Source: Amoebidium appalachense
Lineage: Eukaryota; Protista; Ichthyosporea
Length of the DNA: 64,000 nucleotides
Direction: 5' to 3'
NCBI GenBank assembly: GCA_963693365.1
Contig: CAVNZM010000010.1
Span: forward strand, 6,139,794 to 6,203,793
How positions within the stretch are numbered: position 1 is the first letter of the stretch; each line of letters starts with the position of its first letter. Under the pieces are notes generated by a model. The model was not told the DNA's origin and did not search any database. It saw nothing but the letters and a program-made list of their open reading frames with translations. Made by a program: the position numbers and the translations under genes. This document shows positions 58,371 to 64,000 of this stretch, one piece after another.

Positions 58371-59574
58371 TGCTCTTTAATCCTGCTCCCCTCCCCCACC
58401 CCCCACCCCTTTCCCCAACCACCACTACTACACCACACATTCACACACACGCGCGCCCACACACACATACACATACACACACACACCCACACCCACACAC
58501 ACACAGGAAGAGGGAGAGCGAAGGAGAGAAGGAGGGGAGGGGAAGGGAAGAATAGAGAGAAAAAGAGGGTGGGAAGGGGGGGGGGTGGTAAACTATCTGG
58601 GAATGCCCTGTTGCACACAGTACTTAAACCCATCACCACCAAACCACCTTTCAGGGGCTATATCTGGGCCATGGCCTGTCTGCCCCGTTTCCGTACCATG
58701 GGTGTGCCGCTTGTGTTCTGCCACTCCGTCATAGTGGCCATGTGGATGGCTGCAGGATTTGTTGGCAGTAGTACGGCTGCAATGGGCATCGGCATCGCTT
58801 CAGTCGTCTGGGACTGGGTTTTCCCAATCATGCTGTATGCCTGTTATCTCTCCCTCTCCTCTATGCTTCCCCCCCCCCCCCCCCCTTCCCCCCCCCCCCC
58901 CCCCCCTCCCTTCCCTCCCTCCCCCTGTCCCTCTCTCCCCCCTCTCCTCCAACCACCGTTACCAGCACCCCCTTCACTCCCTGCACCCCCCACCCCTCCC
59001 TACATTGCTTATGAGCATATCTGCATGAAGGCACAAATGATGGCATGCAGGTATATTTGGTTTAGTTTTCCCAACACACGGATAAATGCTCACACATGCC
59101 TACTTGTGCGCAGGGAGGCAGCCAGATACGGGCACGTGCATACACTCGTACACTCCTAGGAGGTATATATATCATATGGAGCAGATACGCACACACATTC
59201 ACAGATGCACACGTGCTCATCGAACGAATCTGGGGAGCAACTGCGCTGACATTACCCAACCACAACACCAACACACACACGCACACACACACACACACAC
59301 ACATGGGCACAAGCCGACCAACCGCCCAAGTCCAAGCGTCTACCCCTCCACCTTGAGCACATTATTGAGCGGTTTGGTCTGTTCATTGTCATTGTGCTGG
59401 GGGAGACAGTCACAGGCATCACCGTCACCACTAATGGCCACGAGTGTACGTGGTACCCTTTGCACTCTGAATGCCGGATCGTGAATAATCGGGTTTTGTA
59501 TAAATCAGTTGGTGCATTTTCACCATTTTTGCTTTGGTTCCCCATTCCCCGCATCCCCTTCCCCATCCCCAGCG

Positions 59575-59608
<34 letters not shown>

Positions 59609-59744
59609 CCCTCCCCCTGCGCCTTTTGGTTCATTCTCGCCTTCGGTGTCTGTGGCTGGAAGAATCGGGTATTGATAATCTTTGATAATCTTTGCACGTA
59701 TTGTATGAGTACTTGGTATGCCATGTATTCCACAACATGTTACG

Positions 59745-59776
<32 letters not shown>

Positions 59777-59978
59777 ACCCCCCCCCTCCCACCCTCCTGG
59801 CACCCTTATTCTCCTTCGTCACCAACCATATTAATCTGGTTTAGGTTGCTTGTGGTGTCGGGGCTATCCCCGCATCTCCCAATCCGTTTGTGTCCAAACC
59901 CCCCCCCCCTCCCCCATCCACCCACTACCACCACCACCACCACCACCACCCTCGAAAGAAATAAATACAAAAGGAACC

Positions 59979-60009
<31 letters not shown>

Positions 60010-60459
60010 CGAACAACAAGTGCTTACTCCTTTTGGAAACATTTTGCAGCACTTGCCATCTACGTGTCTGTTGGTCTAGGTCTAGCCATAGTGCTCAGCC
60101 TCAAGATGCTCTACTTTGATACGGACATACGAGACATACAGGATCATGCACTGAGAAGGGGCCGCACAACTGCTTTCCTCTGGCTCTTCTCTCACCCTAT
60201 TATGGTGGGTGCAGGTGGCTCTCGTCATTTAGTACCGGAAGATTTCCCTGTTTTGGGATGGGGAATGGGGGGGGGTGGAGGGGTGGGAGGAACGGGGGGA
60301 AGGGGAGGGAGGGTGAGTGGAAACAGGGTGGGGGGAAGGGGGGAGGGTTGGGGGGGGGGGGGGGGGGGGGGGAGGAGGGACGGGGAGATTTAATGCATTC
60401 AAAAAGGTGCAGGGTCACGGATATTAGGGATGGACGGGCATCAGAACGACTAACGTGAA

Positions 60460-60494
<35 letters not shown>

Positions 60495-61463
60495 GGGGGG
60501 GGGAGTCTCGGATGATCCAAGGAAAAAAATAGCTGGGTCACGTGCAAAATTTTAGTTGTGAATATCAAAGGATGTTGCTTGAATATCATATCAAGGGATG
60601 TTGCTTGAATATCAAGGGGATGTTGCTCAGTTAGTGCTTTGTCTTCAAGTGCATGTGGGTGTGTATTGGATGGATTGATGTGCATGTGCATGTGTGTGCG
60701 TGTTAGTTGCGATATAATTTTAAAAAAACTAATTCAAATTTAAAATTGAAACCCACAGGCTGTCGCCATGGCTATGATGGGCTCCGGCATTGAGTTTATC
60801 ATTCACCAAACCGTTCATCACGTATGCAACCCCCCCTCCCCCCTCCCCCCTCCCCCTCTCCCTCCCTCCCTTTCCCACCATCCCACCCCCACCGCCATCT
60901 CAGCCCTCCTCCTCCTCGTCCAACCCCAACCTCCCTTCACTAAACATATTCCTCCTCCCAGTAATTCCCGGGGGATCCTGGTCTGGCATTGAGTGTTCAC
61001 ACTTTTTTTTTTTTTTTTTTTTTTTGGGTGGGGGTGGGGGGGGGGGGGGGGGGGGGGAGGACTCCTGCATACAGGGCAACCCGAATGCATAATTTCACGT
61101 GTGCGTAAGCCATAAACGAAAGGAGTGTTTTGATTGAGTGTGTGCATGCATGTGTACTTGTGTATCCGGGTGTTATTCTGTATCTGGACGTGTACCGCAT
61201 GCAGTACGTATTTCTGTATTTGCAAGTGTACGTGTTTTCTGCATCTGTAAGTGTTCGTGTTTTCTGACTGTCTTGCACGAACACTTGTTTTTTTCAGGCC
61301 GAGGGTGAGGAGGCACACTGGCAGGAGGTCAGTGGGCGCAAGTGGCTGGGCTACGGTGTGGCCATTGTGTTTGTGATCATGGGCACACACTCCCGCATCC
61401 ACAACCCAAGCTATGCCTGCCGCACCCGCAACCCCGAGGTATTTTTGTCTCCCTCTCCCCCTT

Positions 61464-61496
<33 letters not shown>

Positions 61497-61697
61497 CCCC
61501 TTCCCCTCCCCCCTCCCATCCTCCTCCCCCTTTTCCTCCCCCCCCCTTCCCCCTGCATCCCTCCCCTTTCCCCCGACCCTCCAGGCCTAAACTTTTCTCT
61601 ATCTGCTCCTCGACCTTCCTCTTCCTCACACACACATGCACACTATGACTATGAACATCTCCACATGTGACTCCCCCCACCCCCCTCCCCTCCCCCC

Positions 61698-61747
<50 letters not shown>

Positions 61748-61902
61748 TACACGTTCTTTACAACTTGCCCCCCTCCCCCCCCCCCCCCCCCCCCCCCCGT
61801 ATACTTGCACTGCCCCACACTCTCATCTCTCAGATTCCCCGCAACCCATCTCCCCTGCTCCCATTTATTTCATTTTTGTTCCACTGCCTCAGGGCAACTT
61901 TA

Positions 61903-61964
<62 letters not shown>

Positions 61965-62616
61965 TTCCCCCCCTCCGTTTCCTCCCACAAACACACTCAC
62001 ACACACATGGTCACACGTACACACCCTCCTACCAACCCACTGCACCGCCTCCCAACACACGCTCCGTTCGTTGACCCACCTTGGTCATAACAGTCAGAAG
62101 CCCTGCCCCGTTATGAATCCCAGTGTGTGCCTCAAGCCCCAGTGTGTGTGTGTGGAGTATATATAGTATGCAACTGCAATGCTAATTAGTGGTCTTTTCA
62201 GGGTGTGCAGTGCAAAAAGGAGAGGGACCACGAAGGTGCCTGCGAATATGTCGAAAACCCCACCCCTGGCAGGTAGTGCCCCCCCCCCCCCCCCCCCCCC
62301 CCCCCTTCTTCCCCCCTCCCCCCCTCCCCTCCTCCCCCCCCCCCCCTCCCCTCCCCCCCCCCCCCCCCCTCCCCCCCTCCCCTCCCCGGCATCCCTTCCC
62401 CATGGCCGGCGCAACTTCTTTGTGAGTGCTTTGCACAAAATCGGATTGCATTGTTATTCATGAATGTCTATGTACTCGTAGACTTTCGAGGCATGCCGGC
62501 ATTTTTTTTTATTTTTTTTTTTAACCTTGTCATGCGCTAACCTTTACCGCCCTCAGCCACCTGTACAAGATGCGGATGATCGACTCCATCCAGTTTATCA
62601 CACACGTGAGTGCACA

Positions 62617-62679
<63 letters not shown>

Positions 62680-63212
62680 AAAAACCCCACCCCTTCCCCC
62701 AGCCCTGCATTACACACACCTGGAAAATCAGAAACACGGGAAAATCAGAAACACGTCCATCGTCTTTTCCTTGCTGCCTGTTTTACCTGCCGTTTCCCAC
62801 ATCCCCTTGCCCCGTCCTCCTCCATCCGTTGTTCAGGCAGAAGCCCTGACTATCCTTTGACCTGATTCTCACGTGGGTTCGAATACCACAATCGTTGCTT
62901 TTATTCAATTTTCTTGTTTTTACACGTATAATGGATTTTATTTCGATCGGGGCATCAGGGCTAAGAATGCATATATAGTACAGTTGCTATAGACACAACG
63001 AGATAGTCGCTGAGATAGCTTTACCGGATATCCAAAACAAAGCGAGAATAAATATTCTACCGTGCAAATTCCTCCCCCCCCCCCCCCCTCCCCCCCCCCC
63101 CCCCCCCCCCGCCCCTTCCGGTGGGCCCCCCCGAGGATGGGCTCTGCTTCTTATGCATACTCTTTGTGTGGTTTGCACTCTGCATCGTGTTTATGACACA
63201 TTCAACCCCCCT

Positions 63213-63244
<32 letters not shown>

Positions 63245-63527
63245 CCCCCGGCGCCCCATCAACACAGCTTGTGTGCTTGCATGAGCAGCTTTGTTGTCTC
63301 TGACCGTGAGCAGCTTTGTTGTCTCTGACCAAGGCAACGTCGGATAACCCACCGGGTGTTGTATTTCAAACCCGATTTGAATATTGAGACTTGGATATAG
63401 CTACTGACATATACTCCTCCTGAGGGTGTCTGCTTATGGTTCATACACATTGTGTGTGTGTTGTCGAACTACACATCCACAACTGACTCAAACTGTCCTA
63501 TCGCTCCCTGCCCTCCCCCTCATTGCG

Positions 63528-63578
<51 letters not shown>

Positions 63579-63777
63579 ACACGCGCGTACACACACACAG
63601 ATGGTGTTTGGAGCAGCTCTAATTGCTCTGACGGCAGCCACCAGCCCGTCCAACCTCAGCAGTTTGGGCCTTTTGGGTGTGACGGCTGCAATGGCTGCCC
63701 TGCTGGTGGGGGTGAATCTGATGGACGAGGTGATCGTGCACAAATATCACAAAACGAAGACTACCGGTGCAAAATAG
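56133..63777 (+). CDS. LtrA (low temperature requirement A)-family multi-pass membrane protein, ~13 exons
   Basis: Exons 56133-56305, 56837-57004, 57576-57675, 57972-58075, 58655-58834, (junction unresolved) ~59314-59445, 60050-60204, 60759-60821, 61298-61438, 62202-62272, 62557-62605, 63601-63777. Signatures ERKVTWSELFYDLIYV, TDDLFHK, HIIERFGLFIVIVLGE, LYFD...HAL, WLFSHP. Confidence 0.88.
63121..63205 (+). mobile_element. Poly-C-associated repeat, copy 4 (5'-truncated, internally deleted, subfamily B)
   Basis: GGGCCCCCC.GAGGATGGGCTCTGCTT.TTATGCATACTCTTT...CATTCAA matches 32766-32880; C-runs on both sides. Confidence 0.8.
63274..63440 (+). mobile_element. Poly-C-associated repeat, copy 5 (strongly diverged, fold retained)
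   Basis: TGCTTGCATGAGCAG...GTCTCTGACCAAG...GAGACT...CCTGAGG..GTCTGCTTATG parallels copies 1 and 2; contains a 24-bp internal duplication (63282-63305 / 63307-63330). Confidence 0.6.
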
Positions 63778-64000
63778 GCTGAAATTATTTAAGGCTGATA
63801 TTGAATTTACCCTTTTTTCTTGCCCTTGTACATACGATGTATTCCTTGTTTGAGTTAAGGTTGTGGGTATACTCAAATGGCGAACTTTGGGCTCCTGTTA
63901 TGATGGCTTTAGGGTCCACATGGGTGGCCGTAGGTGCAAACCATCGATGCTGTAATAACCGAAGAGATAAAACACAGAACGTTCGTAGTTGTATATATAT

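Overview
Intron-rich eukaryotic DNA; the gene set and sequences look opisthokont, but the taxon cannot be fixed from this window. Almost all six-frame ORFs are artefacts of intronic poly-G/poly-C runs and (GT)n/(CA)n/(CT)n microsatellites. Manual splicing recovers six genes: the 3' end of a WD40 protein with a 1-nt frameshift, a 3-exon DUF4436-like membrane protein (minus strand), a 26-exon SMC5, a 7-coding-exon MARK/PAR-1/KIN1 kinase, a 2-exon 66-aa single-pass microprotein and a ~13-exon LtrA-family membrane protein. Also present are a MITE-like inverted repeat, a TRIM-like direct-repeat pair and an A-tailed LINE fragment. The most striking signal is a dispersed repeat family with 5 long copies and at least 6 short 3'-end fragments. 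Its copies share one 3' end that runs into poly-C rather than poly-A, are 5'-truncated to variable extents and sit inside C-runs; a local duplication shows one empty and one filled site. The longest copies carry a ~160-nt pseudoknotted RNA fold with compensatory changes. The inference is a poly-C-targeting or poly-C-tailed non-LTR retroelement that may be linked to the unusual splicing grammar here: C-runs just after donors and pure (CA)n tracts replacing the polypyrimidine tract. All exon models, alignments and folds were read by eye and need computational confirmation.
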